A DNA stretch of 64,000 bases from an uncultured virus (IMG/VR IMGVR_UViG_3300030101_001550) (taxonomy: Duplodnaviria > Heunggongvirae > Uroviricota > Caudoviricetes). Location: IMG/VR virus record IMGVR_UViG_3300030101_001550; one strand, written 5' to 3'. Positions 9,232 to 18,976 of the stretch are shown piece after piece (positions within the stretch are counted from its first letter, which is position 1; each line of letters opens with the position of its first letter). The notes under the pieces are model-generated. The model did not search any database. It saw only the letters and a list, made by a program, of their open reading frames with translations, and was not told where the DNA came from. Both the position numbers and the translations under genes were made by a program.

Positions 9232-10149
9232 ATGGCATTAAATAGAGCATTATTTCAAAAGCAACTACAACTCGGACTTAACACTATTTTTGGCATGGAA
9301 TACGATAACTATCCAGAACAGTGGAGAGATGTATTTTCTGTTGAAAACTCAAACAAAGCATTTGAAGAAGATGTTCAAATGTACGGTTTCGGTGCTGCAC
9401 CAGTAAAAGCTGAAGGTGCTGCTATTTCTTATGATAGTGGTGCTGAAGGTATTGTTGCAAGATACACTCATGAAACTATCGCACTCGCTTTTGCTATTAC
9501 AGAAGAAGCAGAGGAAGATAATCTTTATGGGTCACTTGGCGCAAAATACGCTAAAGCTCTTGCAAGATCAATGCAACACACTAAAGAAATCAAAGGTATG
9601 AATATCTTGAATAATGGATTTTCTACATCATCTGCACCAGTAACTGGTGGCGATGGTAAAACATTATTCGCTACTGATCACCCATTGGGTGGCGGTGGTA
9701 CTAGTTCTAACCAATTAGCAACTAACGCAGATTTAAGTGAAACATCTCTAGAGAGCATGTTAATCTTAATCTCTGAACTAAAAGACGATAGACAAATTCC
9801 TATCGCTGCAACAGGTCAGAAGTTAGTTGTTCCACCAGAACTAATGTTTGTCGCAGAAAGAATTATTGCAACTAACCTAAGACCAGGTACAGCTGACAAT
9901 GATACTAATGCAATGAGAAGCATGGGAATGATTCCGCAAGGAGTAGCAGTAAATCAAAGATTAACTGACCCTGATGCTTACTTCATTATGACAGACATGC
10001 CAGATGGACTAAAACACTTTGTTAGACGTCCAATCAAAAGAGCTGTTGAAGGCGATTTTGAAACAGGCAACTTACGATACAAAGTATCAGAAAGATACTC
10101 ATTCGGTTTCACAGACTGGAGAGGTGCTTTCGGTACACCTGGAGCGTAA
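9232..10149 (+). CDS. Major capsid protein
   Basis: 305 aa; GDGKTLFATDHP, LVVPPEL and C-terminal RYSFGFTDWRG; strong SD; followed by a terminator. Confidence 0.9.
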   Translation: MALNRALFQKQLQLGLNTIFGMEYDNYPEQWRDVFSVENSNKAFEEDVQMYGFGAAPVKAEGAAISYDSGAEGIVARYTHETIALAFAITEEAEEDNLYGSLGAKYAKALARSMQHTKEIKGMNILNNGFSTSSAPVTGGDGKTLFATDHPLGGGGTSSNQLATNADLSETSLESMLILISELKDDRQIPIAATGQKLVVPPELMFVAERIIATNLRPGTADNDTNAMRSMGMIPQGVAVNQRLTDPDAYFIMTDMPDGLKHFVRRPIKRAVEGDFETGNLRYKVSERYSFGFTDWRGAFGTPGA

Positions 10150-10161
10150 TTATTATTAATT

Positions 10162-10190
10162 AAAAAGGGCGAAGTTGTTTCGCCCTTTTT
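10162..10190 (+). terminator. Rho-independent terminator after the capsid gene
   Basis: AAAAAGGGCGAA-gttgt-TTCGCCCTTTTT. Confidence 0.85.
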
Positions 10191-10229
10191 ACAACCCAAA
10201 GACTTAAAAAGACTACTAGGAGGTAGACA

Positions 10230-10691
10230 ATGGGCTCAACAACTTTTTCCGGTCCTATAAAAGCCGGAACAATTAAAGAAACTACAGGCACTACAGTAGG
10301 TAGTGACATGAAAAATATTGGTCATGTTGTAATGTCTCAATCTGCAGTTGTATTGCACACTAATACAACTGATTTGACAACTGATATAATTATACCAGCA
10401 AAATCACATATCATAGCTATTGATATTAATGTTGAAGTAGCATTCAATGGTGGCGGTAATGATAATATGGATATCGGTATTGTAGGCAATTCTGACTTAT
10501 ATGTTGATAACGCAGACGTTTCAGCAATTGGTCCAGTAGCATTAGGTGCTACAGGGTTATGCGCTAATTGGAAAAATGTCGGAACTTCTGATGTTAGAAT
10601 AGCAGCAAAATACATTGATGCAAGTGGTAACTCTGGCGCTGGAAAAGCAAGAGTGACTATTACTTACAGTCAAGGTAACAACCATAGTTAA
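10230..10691 (+). CDS. Probable virion structural protein
   Basis: MGSTTFSGPIKAG N-terminus; beta-rich; follows the capsid gene. Confidence 0.7.
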   Translation: MGSTTFSGPIKAGTIKETTGTTVGSDMKNIGHVVMSQSAVVLHTNTTDLTTDIIIPAKSHIIAIDINVEVAFNGGGNDNMDIGIVGNSDLYVDNADVSAIGPVALGATGLCANWKNVGTSDVRIAAKYIDASGNSGAGKARVTITYSQGNNHS

Positions 10692-10701
10692 TATACAATT
10701 C

Positions 10702-10721
10702 AGTGGCTCTTCGGAGCCACT
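10702..10721 (+). terminator. UUCG-tetraloop hairpin (terminator or mRNA stabiliser)
   Basis: AGTGGCTC-TTCG-GAGCCACT. Confidence 0.6.
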
Positions 10722-10729
10722 TAACTATT

Positions 10730-11149
10730 ATGGCACCAAAATTTAAATTTAATAATGCGTTAAGTCTGATAAACTTTATTTTTAGTCCTAAAGGAGACGA
10801 TAAAGTCGACACACAAGCTGGAGGAAATGAACGGTTTGAAAGTCAAAAAGAAGGCGAAACTACAAAGAAAAAACGTAACGATTTTTTTAAAAGAACATTA
10901 GCTGCGTCAGAAGCAGCTACAAAAAAACAATCAGAAGATCCAGATATATTCAAAGGGCCTGCAATCAATCTTAGTGGTAATCCATACGATTTATCAGCTG
11001 TTAAAATAAAAACTCCACAACAAAGAAACAGTCCTTTATTTGCAAGCTTAAATGATATACAATCTGGTAATTTAAAAATGTTAGGAGAGAAACAAGGGCA
11101 AATTATGGGCTCTTTGTTTAATCTTCCAAAAACAGTTGTAAGGAGGTAA
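10730..11149 (+). CDS. Hypothetical protein
   Basis: ORF; ATG 10730 preferred because the GTG at 10703 lies within the hairpin. Confidence 0.6.
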   Translation: MAPKFKFNNALSLINFIFSPKGDDKVDTQAGGNERFESQKEGETTKKKRNDFFKRTLAASEAATKKQSEDPDIFKGPAINLSGNPYDLSAVKIKTPQQRNSPLFASLNDIQSGNLKMLGEKQGQIMGSLFNLPKTVVRR

Positions 11150-11150
11150 G

Positions 11151-11465
11151 ATGATTTCAGATACTAGACAATCAACACTAACTGCTGATGGTCGTTTTCG
11201 AGAAGGTCATACAGGATCAGGTCCATTCATAGGTAGAGCTAGAGTGCACGGGGTTACTGCAAGACATGACGGAACATCGGCAGCAGGGGTTATAAAACTT
11301 CATGATGGTACAGACGCAACTGGAACTGTTGTTTATCATGGTCGCTTTGGAAATGCAGTAGGCGATATGTTAGATCAATACATTCCAGGCGAAGGTCTTA
11401 GATTCAAAGTTGGTATATACGTTGATTTAACTAACTGTACTTCTGTAGAAATTTTATACAGCTAA
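11151..11465 (+). CDS. Probable virion structural protein
   Basis: SD AGGAGG; IPGEGLRFKVGIYV C-terminus. Confidence 0.7.
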   Translation: MISDTRQSTLTADGRFREGHTGSGPFIGRARVHGVTARHDGTSAAGVIKLHDGTDATGTVVYHGRFGNAVGDMLDQYIPGEGLRFKVGIYVDLTNCTSVEILYS

Positions 11466-12151
11466 TGGCAGTTTCAGGCACTAAAACTTTTGCGTTATCT
11501 ATTAACGATTGTATTCTAGAAGCTTTAGACAGAATTGGTGGAGGTCCATATCTTGGATACGACATAAAATCTGCGAGAAGAAGTCTAAATATAATGTTTA
11601 CTGATTGGGCTAACAGAGGTTTAAATCAATGGACATTGCAAAAACAAACTTTGAACATGGTTACAAATCAATCTTCTTATGATTTAGACGCAAGCACTGT
11701 TTCTATAGTAGATGTTTATGTTACAAGAGATTCTACAGATTTTGCTGTAAATGAAATATCTTTAACAGATTACAATGCATATCCTAATAAAGCTCAAACA
11801 GGTAGACCGTCTCAATATTATTTACAAAAAAGTATGACGCCTAAATTATTTCTATTTCCTGCTCCAGAAAATAGCACTGATGTTATTACATATTGGAGAA
11901 TAGCTAAAATAGATGATGTAACAGCTTCTACAGTCGGTGGAGTTGAACAAGATTTTGACGTACCTTCTCGTTTTTACGAAGCGATGATTTCCGGTCTTGC
12001 TTATTATATGAGTTTAAAAAGAGCAGGTATGGACCCTAACAGGTCGGTATACTTAAAACAGGAATATGAATTGGCTTTTCGTAGAGCACGAGATGCTGAT
12101 TTAAATCAATCAATAAATATAGTTCCTAATTATGGTTACACCTTCGAGTAG
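11465..12151 (+). CDS. Head-tail adaptor / tail tubular-like protein
   Basis: SARRSLN...WANRGLN, GRPSQYY, DVPSRFYEAMISGLAYY motifs; position. Confidence 0.7.
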   Translation: MAVSGTKTFALSINDCILEALDRIGGGPYLGYDIKSARRSLNIMFTDWANRGLNQWTLQKQTLNMVTNQSSYDLDASTVSIVDVYVTRDSTDFAVNEISLTDYNAYPNKAQTGRPSQYYLQKSMTPKLFLFPAPENSTDVITYWRIAKIDDVTASTVGGVEQDFDVPSRFYEAMISGLAYYMSLKRAGMDPNRSVYLKQEYELAFRRARDADLNQSINIVPNYGYTFE

Positions 12152-12512
12152 AACAGCAAGAAAAGCTTCATCTGGTAAATATGCTAGAGGAAAGTATGCT
12201 AGAGCTATTTCTGATAGAAGTGGATTAGAATATCCATATAAAGAAATGGTAAGAGAATGGACTGGAGCTTTAGTTCATACTTCTGAATTTGAACCTAAAA
12301 ATCCTTTACTCGATCCAGTTTCTTATACAGATCCAGAAGCTTTAAAAAATGCTAGACCTCAAGCATCTCTTGCAGCAACTGGTGGAGTACCAGATCAAAT
12401 TACTAACACTTTTCCTGGCACATTCGGTGAAACAGGAATATCATACCCTAAAATAAATACAGGAATAAAAGCAAATGCCAGTATTGGAACAGTCACAGTC
12501 GTCATCAGCTGA
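12132..12512 (+). CDS. Hypothetical protein
   Basis: AISDRSG...EFEPKNP...DPEALKNARP motifs. Confidence 0.65.
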   Translation: MVTPSSRTARKASSGKYARGKYARAISDRSGLEYPYKEMVREWTGALVHTSEFEPKNPLLDPVSYTDPEALKNARPQASLAATGGVPDQITNTFPGTFGETGISYPKINTGIKANASIGTVTVVIS

Positions 12513-13311
12513 AGAATATAATTTTAAAGGCAAAACCATTATGGTTGGTACGCCTTGTTATGGTGGAATGATGCATGAATCTTACATGCACTGTTTTTTA
12601 AAAACATTAAAAGAAGCAGAAAAACAAGGATATAAATTACACTTGAATACTATGGGAAATGAAAGTTTGATAACTAGAGCTAGAAATACAATAGTATCTC
12701 AATTTATGGATCAAGATAATCTTACACATTTACTTTTTATCGATGCTGATATTGCGTGGAAACCAGAAACTATTACTCGTATGTTAAAAGTAGATGAAGA
12801 TGTCGTTGGTGCAATATACCCTAAAAAGACTATCGAATGGAAAAATTTACCTAAATATATGAAAATGTATCCAGATGATTTGGATAATATGGAACAAAAA
12901 CTTATGGGGTATAATATAAATTTTAAAGACCCTAGAAATATACCTATGTATCAAGGTGGTTTTGTAGAGGTATTAGACGCTGCTACAGGTTTTATGCTAA
13001 TAAAAAAAGATGTATTTGTTCGTATGAAAGAAGCATATCCAGAGTTAAAATATAAATCAGATCAAATAATGAATGGTAAATCTTATAGTAGCGATAATTG
13101 TTACGCTTTTTTTGATACTCTAATAGACCCTGACAGTAAAAGATATTTAAGTGAAGACTACGGTTTTTGTCGTTTATGGCAAAAAATAGGCGGAAAAATA
13201 TACGCAGATGTAGTAAGTTCTTTAACACATTATGGAACGTATCATTTTAGAGGAAATATCTCGCATAAATTTGCAGAAAAGAGTAATATAGAGGATAGAG
13301 ATGGCAACTAA
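12475..13311 (+). CDS. GT-A fold glycosyltransferase-like protein in the structural module
   Basis: VGTPCYGG, ESLITRARN, DxD motif FIDADI, TGFMLI, SEDYGFC. Confidence 0.75.
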   Translation: MPVLEQSQSSSAEEYNFKGKTIMVGTPCYGGMMHESYMHCFLKTLKEAEKQGYKLHLNTMGNESLITRARNTIVSQFMDQDNLTHLLFIDADIAWKPETITRMLKVDEDVVGAIYPKKTIEWKNLPKYMKMYPDDLDNMEQKLMGYNINFKDPRNIPMYQGGFVEVLDAATGFMLIKKDVFVRMKEAYPELKYKSDQIMNGKSYSSDNCYAFFDTLIDPDSKRYLSEDYGFCRLWQKIGGKIYADVVSSLTHYGTYHFRGNISHKFAEKSNIEDRDGN

Positions 13312-13954
13312 TTATACAACATTAAAAAGTGCAATACAGACTTGGATGCAGAATACAGGCACTGATTTTACAGCTCAATTAGACACATTTATTACAAACG
13401 CTCAACAAGAATTAGTTAGATTAATTGATCCAGAAGGCTTAACATTTAGAGCTTTTAGTACATTTGTTTCTGGCAATCAATTCTTGACAACTCCATCAAA
13501 TACATTAGTTATAAAAAGTTTACAGTATGATCATAGTAATAAAAGAGTTCTTATGGAAATGCAAACAGATGAATACATAAGAGAATACTGGCCTAATCCA
13601 GCTTTGACTGGACTTCCTAAATATTTCGCTAATTACAACGATGGTAATATTTTAGTAGCCCCAACACCAAATTCAAACTATACTGTTTATATGGAATATA
13701 TACAAAATGTTGCTGATTTAAATAATACAAATACAACTAATTATTTTACAGATCAGCTCTCTGACTTGTTATTGTATGCTTGTTTAGCACAAGCTTCAAT
13801 TTTTACTAAGAATATGGAGGATTATGGTATATATAACCAAAAAGTTCTTGAAGGTGTAGCAACAGTTAATAACGAAGCTAGACGTAGAAGAAGAACAGAT
13901 TACAGATTCCCTGCCAGCCCGGCTGGTACGGATACTTTAACAGGAAGCCAATAA
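13301..13954 (+). CDS. Adaptor / tail tubular-like protein
   Basis: TGLPKYFA, VAPTP, DLLLYACL motifs; position. Confidence 0.65.
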   Translation: MATNYTTLKSAIQTWMQNTGTDFTAQLDTFITNAQQELVRLIDPEGLTFRAFSTFVSGNQFLTTPSNTLVIKSLQYDHSNKRVLMEMQTDEYIREYWPNPALTGLPKYFANYNDGNILVAPTPNSNYTVYMEYIQNVADLNNTNTTNYFTDQLSDLLLYACLAQASIFTKNMEDYGIYNQKVLEGVATVNNEARRRRRTDYRFPASPAGTDTLTGSQ

Positions 13955-13964
13955 GGAGGGTACT

Positions 13965-14387
13965 ATGGCAATAGATCAAAAAATATGCACTGTATTCAAA
14001 GCTGATTTAATGAATACTGACGCTAATTTAGAAGCGAATACTCTAAAACTTGCTTTGTATAATCAAAATGCAAGTTTAGATGAAACAACTGCTGCGTACA
14101 CAACTTCGCAAGAAGTAAGTGCGTCAGGAAGTTATTCAGCTGGAGGAGCAACATTAACAAGTGTTGCAATTACAACAAGTGGAAACACTGCAATATTTGA
14201 TTGTGGCAATGTAAGTTTTACAAATGCAACTATTTCAGCTCAGGCTGCTTTGATTTACAATAACTCTAAAGCGAATGCTGCAATTGCAGTATTAGATTTT
14301 GGAGCAGTAAAATCATCGTCTAATGGTACATTTGAAATACAAATGCCAAATCCAACTGCCAGTGACGGATTAATTAGAATACAGTAA
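13965..14387 (+). CDS. Probable virion structural protein
   Basis: LKLALY, YSAGGATL, ALIYN, VLDFG motifs. Confidence 0.7.
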   Translation: MAIDQKICTVFKADLMNTDANLEANTLKLALYNQNASLDETTAAYTTSQEVSASGSYSAGGATLTSVAITTSGNTAIFDCGNVSFTNATISAQAALIYNNSKANAAIAVLDFGAVKSSSNGTFEIQMPNPTASDGLIRIQ

Positions 14388-14395
14388 GGATAGAC

Positions 14396-14848
14396 ATGGC
14401 GTTTGTCCTTAATGATAGGGTAAAAGAAACTACTACTACGACAGGAACTGGAGCGATTACTTTTGCAGGAGCAGTTACTAATTTTGAAACTTTTGCTGCA
14501 GGCATAGGAAATAGTAATAAAACTTTTTATGCAATAGTTCATAAATCAGCTTCAGAATTTGAAGTAGGTATAGGTACGTTAAATGGAAGTAGCAGTACGA
14601 TAACTCGCACTACTGTTATTTCTTCAAGTAACAGCGATAACGCTGTTGACTTTAGCGCAGGAGAAAAAGAAATATTTTGTACGTATCCAGCATCTCGTGC
14701 TCCCTCAGCAGGTATGACGGCTACTACATATGTTACTACTCATAACTCTACTATTAGCGATGATCAAACTATGGATTCCGGTGTTTTAGCTGGCCCTATT
14801 ACAGTTACAGGGTCATTAACAGTTACAGGTAATTTATTTATATTATGA
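14396..14848 (+). CDS. Tail-associated structural protein
   Basis: DRVKETTTTTGTG, FEVGIGT, FSAGEKEIFCTYPA motifs. Confidence 0.7.
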   Translation: MAFVLNDRVKETTTTTGTGAITFAGAVTNFETFAAGIGNSNKTFYAIVHKSASEFEVGIGTLNGSSSTITRTTVISSSNSDNAVDFSAGEKEIFCTYPASRAPSAGMTATTYVTTHNSTISDDQTMDSGVLAGPITVTGSLTVTGNLFIL

Positions 14849-15651
14849 GTCAGATTGAAGTAGATAAAGTTATACCACAGTCAGGTACAGCTCTTCAAAT
14901 AGGAGAAAATGGAGATACTATTACTTTGCCTGCAGGTACAACTTTAACTCTTCCAAACAGTGCGATAACAAATGATGAATTAGCTGGATCAATAGCAAAT
15001 TCAAAATTACAAAATTCTGCAATAACTATAAATGGAAGTTCAGTATCTTTAGGCGGTAGTGTAACTATACAAGGTGAAACTAGACCAACTTTTAGTTCAG
15101 TATCACCAACTGTAATTACAAACGCACAAGATACACTTACAATTGCTGGAACTAATTTTGTGTCTGTACCTTTAGTGACAGCTGTAAACTCTTCTTCTGG
15201 TGCAACCATTGTTGCAGATGAAGTATCTTTTAGTTCAGCAACTAGCATTACAGCTAAATTTACAATAGCTGTTGATGGCACTTATAAATTATATATTGAA
15301 AATCCAGACGGTAACGCAGTTCAATCTGGTGCAGTTTTAACAGTTTCTGACGCTCCTTCGTGGACAACAGCAGCAGGATCACTCGGCACATTTGCAGCTT
15401 CTTCTGCAATAAGTGTTACAGTAGCAGCAACAGACGCAACAGCCTTTGCTGTACAATCTGGTTCACTTCCTGGTGGACTTAGTTTAAATACTAGCACAGG
15501 TGTAATTAGTGGTAATGAATCTGGTGCAACTCAGACGACAACTTACAATTTCACTATTAGGGCAACTGATGCTCAATCTCAAACTGCAGATAGAGCTTTC
15601 AGTATAACTATAACAACAAGCATACAAAATGCAGCGAGGTTTGGTGTATAA
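14845..15651 (+). CDS. Tail fibre module 1A: Ig-like/IPT adaptor
   Basis: Paralog of 18167 and 21766 (ITINGS, GET[RK]PT, W-T-AGSLG, YNFT..TDA). Confidence 0.75.
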   Translation: MSQIEVDKVIPQSGTALQIGENGDTITLPAGTTLTLPNSAITNDELAGSIANSKLQNSAITINGSSVSLGGSVTIQGETRPTFSSVSPTVITNAQDTLTIAGTNFVSVPLVTAVNSSSGATIVADEVSFSSATSITAKFTIAVDGTYKLYIENPDGNAVQSGAVLTVSDAPSWTTAAGSLGTFAASSAISVTVAATDATAFAVQSGSLPGGLSLNTSTGVISGNESGATQTTTYNFTIRATDAQSQTADRAFSITITTSIQNAARFGV

Positions 15652-17051
15652 TGGGTAATGGAGTTTATTTAAGTAGATCTCAATCATCTAATGAAGATTC
15701 AGCAGCTAGAAAAAAATTCACTATTAGTGGTTGGTATAAACTAGGCAATAACGGTGATGCTGGAGGTTGGAAAGGTTTCTGGTCTGCTGCTGTAGATGGT
15801 AACAATTATTCATCTTTAAAACAAAACGCAGATGGACAAATAATTTTTGAACAAAAATCAAGTGGCACAGGTGTATCTTGGACATCTACAGGTAAGTACA
15901 GAGACTTTGCATCTTGGTACCACATAGTGGTAGCTTATGATTCTACTCAAGCAAGTAATACTGACAGAGTAAAAGTATATATTAATGGCACTCAACCAGC
16001 AGGAACTTATGGTAGTTTTACACAAGACCAAGAAGGTTTCTGGGGAAACAGTTCTGCAACCGCTGGAATAGGTAGATACAATAATAATACTGGTAATTCT
16101 TATATGTATACTGGTTACATGACACATGTAGCTTGTACGGTAGGATATGCTTTAGCACCAACTATTTTTGGTGAAACAGATTCTACAACTGGAGAGTGGA
16201 AAATTAGAGGAGTTCCTACAGGAATTACTTATTCAGCAAATGGTTTTCTCTTAAAGTTTGAAAACAGTGGCACCATGGGCACTGATTCTTCTGGTAATAA
16301 TAATACTTTTACTGTGAATGGTGTAGGTGGATCAGATGGAACTTTGGTTCAAGTAACAGATGTTCCAGATAATAATTTTATTACGATGAATGAATTAACA
16401 AGAAGTAGCTATGTTGATTTAAGAGAAGGTGGTTTAAATAATCTTGGTAATACAAATTCTAACAATGGTAATATAGATGCAAATCAGGCTTTTTATGCTG
16501 GTAAATGGTATGCTGAATACAAATTTGTAACTGCAGCTTCAACTAGTACCACCTCTTATCCAGCAGTAGGAGTTTATCCAGTTTTTATAAGTAGACAACC
16601 AAAAGATGGGGGCAATTCTTCTCAAGCTGGTTATTTTTCTAATGGAGTTCAGTTTGAACCAGATGGAGAAAAAATGATAAACAATTCTAGATCATCATAT
16701 GGAAATTCATGGAGCACAAATGATATCATACAAATAGCTTTAGATATGGATAATTATGCTGTTTATTTTGGAATTAATAATACATGGCAAGCCTCTGGTG
16801 TTCCAACAAGCGGAGCATCAAAAACAAATGCTGCAAAAACATGGACAGCGGATGAGGGACCTTATGTTTTTCACGACTCTCCTTTTAATGGGTCTGTTAC
16901 TTCTTGGAACTTTGGTAATCCTCAACATGCTATTACCAGTAATAGTGGTAATGGATACGCTGACGCAAATGGTCATGGTAAATTTCAATATGCACCACCA
17001 ACAGGTTATTACGCTTGTTGTACAAAAAACATAAACCAATACGGAGGATAG
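15651..17051 (+). CDS. Tail fibre module 1B: ConA/LamG-like plus SPRY-like lectin protein
   Basis: WYHIVVAYD, GKWYAE, ADANGHGKFQY, CTKN motifs; paralog of 18976 and 22608. Confidence 0.75.
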   Translation: MGNGVYLSRSQSSNEDSAARKKFTISGWYKLGNNGDAGGWKGFWSAAVDGNNYSSLKQNADGQIIFEQKSSGTGVSWTSTGKYRDFASWYHIVVAYDSTQASNTDRVKVYINGTQPAGTYGSFTQDQEGFWGNSSATAGIGRYNNNTGNSYMYTGYMTHVACTVGYALAPTIFGETDSTTGEWKIRGVPTGITYSANGFLLKFENSGTMGTDSSGNNNTFTVNGVGGSDGTLVQVTDVPDNNFITMNELTRSSYVDLREGGLNNLGNTNSNNGNIDANQAFYAGKWYAEYKFVTAASTSTTSYPAVGVYPVFISRQPKDGGNSSQAGYFSNGVQFEPDGEKMINNSRSSYGNSWSTNDIIQIALDMDNYAVYFGINNTWQASGVPTSGASKTNAAKTWTADEGPYVFHDSPFNGSVTSWNFGNPQHAITSNSGNGYADANGHGKFQYAPPTGYYACCTKNINQYGG

Positions 17052-17052
17052 C

Positions 17053-18165
17053 ATGGCATACGCAACAATTAATAACCCTTCAGCAAATTTTACACTTAAA
17101 CAATATACTGGTACTGGCAATGACAATACAGCAATAACTAATGATGCTAGTGCAGGTAATTTTAAACCTGATTTATTGTGGATTAAAGAAAAAGTTTCTT
17201 CTTCAGCATCATCACACAGACTATTTGATTCTAATAGAGGTGCTTCTAAAAGAATAGAATCAGATACCACGTCTGCGCAAGCTACTGATACTTCAAACCA
17301 AAAAAGTTTTGATACTAACGGTTTTACACTTGGCAACAGTAGTTCTGTAAATGCAAACGGTGATACATATATTGCAGCACAATGGAAAGCCAACGGTGGC
17401 ACTACATCTTCAAATTCAACTGGAGATATTACATCCACAGTTCAAGCAAACACTGCCGCTGGTTTTAGTATTGTTACATGGACAGGTAACGGTGGTGGAA
17501 CAAATGTTAATATTGGTCATGGTTTAGGAGGTGTGCCAGAAATAGTGGCTGTAAAAAATTTAACTGACACTACTAACTGGAGAGTTGGTATTAGTAATAA
17601 AATTAAAGGTCAAGGTGGAACTGGTAGAGATATGGCAGCATCAAATGGTAAATACATGGAATGGGATGATTCTGCTGCTCAAAAAAATCCTGGAGGCACA
17701 ACAGTTTGGGGATCTCCACAAAATCCTACGTCAACAGTTTTTACAGTAGGTTCAAATAATTCAGTTAATGGTAATGGCGATTCAATGCTTGCATATTGTT
17801 GGAGAAGTATAAGAGGATATAGTCAATGCGGAACTTTTATTGGGACTGCTGATTCTGGAGCAAATGCTCCTTTCGTTTATACTGGATTTAGACCAGCATA
17901 TGTCATGATAAAACCAATTGACAATGCTTCTTCTTGGTCGTGGCATGACGTGGTAAGAAGTCCACACAATGAATCACAAGAATATCTTTGGTATAATAGT
18001 TCAAACACACAAGGAACCAGAGCTGCTTTTGATATAGTATCAAATGGTTTTAAACTTAGAACAACTGATAACGATTACAACTACAACGGTGGTTACATGC
18101 TTTATTATGCTGTAGCAGAAATGCCATTAGTTGCAACAAACGATGTATTTGCATTAGCGAGGTAG
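17053..18165 (+). CDS. Tail fibre module 1C
   Basis: PDLLWIK, AGFSIV, GHGL, YTGFRP, NGFKLR motifs; paralog of 20309 and 23944. Confidence 0.75.
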   Translation: MAYATINNPSANFTLKQYTGTGNDNTAITNDASAGNFKPDLLWIKEKVSSSASSHRLFDSNRGASKRIESDTTSAQATDTSNQKSFDTNGFTLGNSSSVNANGDTYIAAQWKANGGTTSSNSTGDITSTVQANTAAGFSIVTWTGNGGGTNVNIGHGLGGVPEIVAVKNLTDTTNWRVGISNKIKGQGGTGRDMAASNGKYMEWDDSAAQKNPGGTTVWGSPQNPTSTVFTVGSNNSVNGNGDSMLAYCWRSIRGYSQCGTFIGTADSGANAPFVYTGFRPAYVMIKPIDNASSWSWHDVVRSPHNESQEYLWYNSSNTQGTRAAFDIVSNGFKLRTTDNDYNYNGGYMLYYAVAEMPLVATNDVFALAR

Positions 18166-18166
18166 G

Positions 18167-18976
18167 ATGACATCAGAGATTAAAGTAAATGTAATTAAAA
18201 AAAATTCAGGATCAACAATTACGATTGGCGAAGTTGGTGATACAGTAACTATTACACCAGGTATTAGTGCAGCTTTACTTACATCAGGTAGTTTACCAAT
18301 AGCTCGTATCGATGATGATAGTATTACAAATGCTAAACTCGATAATAATTCAATTACTATAAATGGCTCTGCAGTTCAATTAGGCGGATCAGTAACAGTC
18401 GGTGAAACAAAACCAACAATATCTTCTATCAGTCCTACAGTAATAACTAATGACGCAACTAACGTAACTATTAATGGCTCTAACTACGTTTCTGTGCCAA
18501 TAGTAGAAGCAATTAATTCTACTGGTGTAATTACTGCTGCAAATTCAATTACTTTTAATAGTGCAGCTCAACTAGTTGCCAACTTTACATTAGGAACTGA
18601 TGGTACATATTTTATAAGAATAGAGAATAATGACGGTAACGCTGTTCGTAGTGGATCAGCATTACTTACTGTATCTGACGTACCTGCATGGACCACAGGT
18701 GCTGGCAGTTTAGGAACTGTTGATGCTGGAGGGTCGATGAATTTTACAGTGGCAGCAACTGACGCAACTGCTTATGCTGTTACATCTGGAGCATTACCTG
18801 GTGGCGGAAGTATAAACAATTCAGGAGTAATATCAGGAACAGAAAATGGTTCCACTGCAACGACTACATATAATTTCACGATAACTGCAACTGATGCGCA
18901 AGGTCAAACTGCAAATAGAGCCTTTTCAATTACAGTAAATCACGGTATAAGTAACTCAGTAAGGATGGATCCATAA
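18167..18976 (+). CDS. Tail fibre module 2A: Ig-like/IPT adaptor
   Basis: Paralog of 1A and 3A. Confidence 0.75.
   Translation: MTSEIKVNVIKKNSGSTITIGEVGDTVTITPGISAALLTSGSLPIARIDDDSITNAKLDNNSITINGSAVQLGGSVTVGETKPTISSISPTVITNDATNVTINGSNYVSVPIVEAINSTGVITAANSITFNSAAQLVANFTLGTDGTYFIRIENNDGNAVRSGSALLTVSDVPAWTTGAGSLGTVDAGGSMNFTVAATDATAYAVTSGALPGGGSINNSGVISGTENGSTATTTYNFTITATDAQGQTANRAFSITVNHGISNSVRMDP

Noticed and set aside
10703..10729. GTG start of ORF 10703..11149
   Set aside because: Lies inside a UUCG hairpin with no SD; ATG 10730 preferred
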